64,000 bases of DNA from Amoebophrya sp. A120 (Eukaryota > Protista > Dinoflagellata), in contig CAJINV010000008.1 in assembly GCA_905178155.1 (NCBI GenBank), forward strand, positions 186,001-250,000, in the 5' to 3' direction. Below, one piece after another: positions 63,079 to 64,000 of this stretch. A program made the position numbers and the translations under genes. How positions within the stretch are numbered: position 1 is the stretch's first letter; each line of letters starts with the position of its first letter. A model generated the notes under the pieces. That model was not told where the DNA came from. It ran no database searches and saw only the letters and a program-made list of their open reading frames with translations.

Positions 63079-63977
63079 TCAGTGTTCAGTGTTCGCAGTC
63101 TGCCACCCAAAATTGTATTGTAGGTCCTGCTTGAATGATTGTAGCCTGCCACTCAACGCTGAGTTCAGTCTTGATTTTTCTGCAAGAATCCACTTGCTGG
63201 AGCCTCCAATCGATGTGCGCTCTTCCGTCAGCATTTCAATGCGGTTGCTGAAGGTGTCTGCTGTCTTCCTTGCAGAGTCCTTCCACGATGAAACGGATGG
63301 GGCGTTCTTTTTGAGTTCTCCCAAAACCCGTCGCGCCTCGTCTTTCAACCGTTTCCATTTTTCGTCCAAATCGACAGCTTGCTGCAGTACTTCGCGAAGA
63401 TCATCTCCTGCTTCCTTCCAGAGCTTCGTCGCTCGTTTGTCCATTGCGTCTTCGCCGGTCTTTAGCTCATAAGACAATTCAACGTTCATTTTTGGTTTAT
63501 TATTTTTATTGCGACGAGCCCTTAGCTCGTGAATGCGGCGGCGGCGGTACTTTGCTTCCAGGGCAGCTTTCTCCTTCAGCGGCTCTTGGAAAGCATGAAC
63601 AGCGACTGCGTCAAGTCTTAGCAAAATACGATCCGCACGCTCGTTCAATTCGTTCCAGTTCCGGTCTAATTTGTCGTCCGCGGCGGACGAATGACCCCTG
63701 GTGTATTGTCACGGGCGTACTATGACTTTACTTTCTCAATTGTCACTGCGAAACGCAAGATGAGTGTCAAGTTGACCCAGACCTACTGTCGAACATAGAG
63801 GGAGGCTAAAATAAAACGAAAGCGACTACTAACTTCTTTTTTTTTGCATGATACTGTGGCGCGAGCTAGGCTCAAAACTAGACCATACAACAAGGGCAAG
63901 GAATCTAGAAGTGATGTTCTTGTTTCGACGTTTGCTTCTATTTTCTTTTGAATCGCCCCCATACACCACACTGCTCC
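63079..63977 (-). CDS. Coiled-coil hypothetical protein, partial (5' end beyond the window; 3' end uncertain)
   Basis: ORFs 63783-63971 and 63079-63648 join in frame across a putative intron at 63904-63666. Confidence 0.55.
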
Positions 63978-64000
63978 TGTGAAAAAATACGCCTGGACGA

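Noticed and set aside
1-64000. Stop-codon reassignment (reported for one Amoebophrya lineage)
   Set aside because: Conserved exons contain no in-frame TAA, TAG or TGA, Trp is TGG in WCGHC, and all three stops end recognisable genes. The one suspicious TGA (57114-57116) is explained by intron placement.
1-64000. tRNA, rRNA or relic dinoflagellate spliced-leader sequence
   Set aside because: None recognised by eye; a covariance-model or exact-match search would be needed to exclude them.

Overview
Eukaryotic nuclear DNA, roughly 50% GC, with about 18 protein-coding genes. All are on the minus strand and most are interrupted by introns of roughly 130-500 nt. Recognisable products are a copine-like C2 protein (partial), an ankyrin-repeat protein, a TOG/HEAT protein, a much-expanded ARPC2 (Arp2/3 p34), proteasome alpha-3 (PSMA4), ATP sulfurylase, an RluA-family pseudouridine synthase, a ~2200-aa LRR protein, bystin and a single-active-site PDI. 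The rest are hypothetical. One-strand gene order, divergent proteins with long insertions, and introns bounded by inverted repeats (IR) and short direct repeats (DR) fit a syndinian dinoflagellate such as Amoebophrya; this is inferred, not verified. The main signal is a set of IR/DR-bounded, introner-like introns, several best modelled with non-GT-AG ends. In PDI, one such intron gives the conserved protein only if cut as CT..GA. A shared 10-mer, GCAT(G/T/C)ACAAA, recurs inside several introns of unrelated genes. Three intergenic non-autonomous elements are present: a 1-kb fold-back element, a 2.3-kb TTAA-flanked element carrying four different tandem arrays, and a Helentron/HINE-like element. 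All splice models were built by hand and need RNA confirmation.
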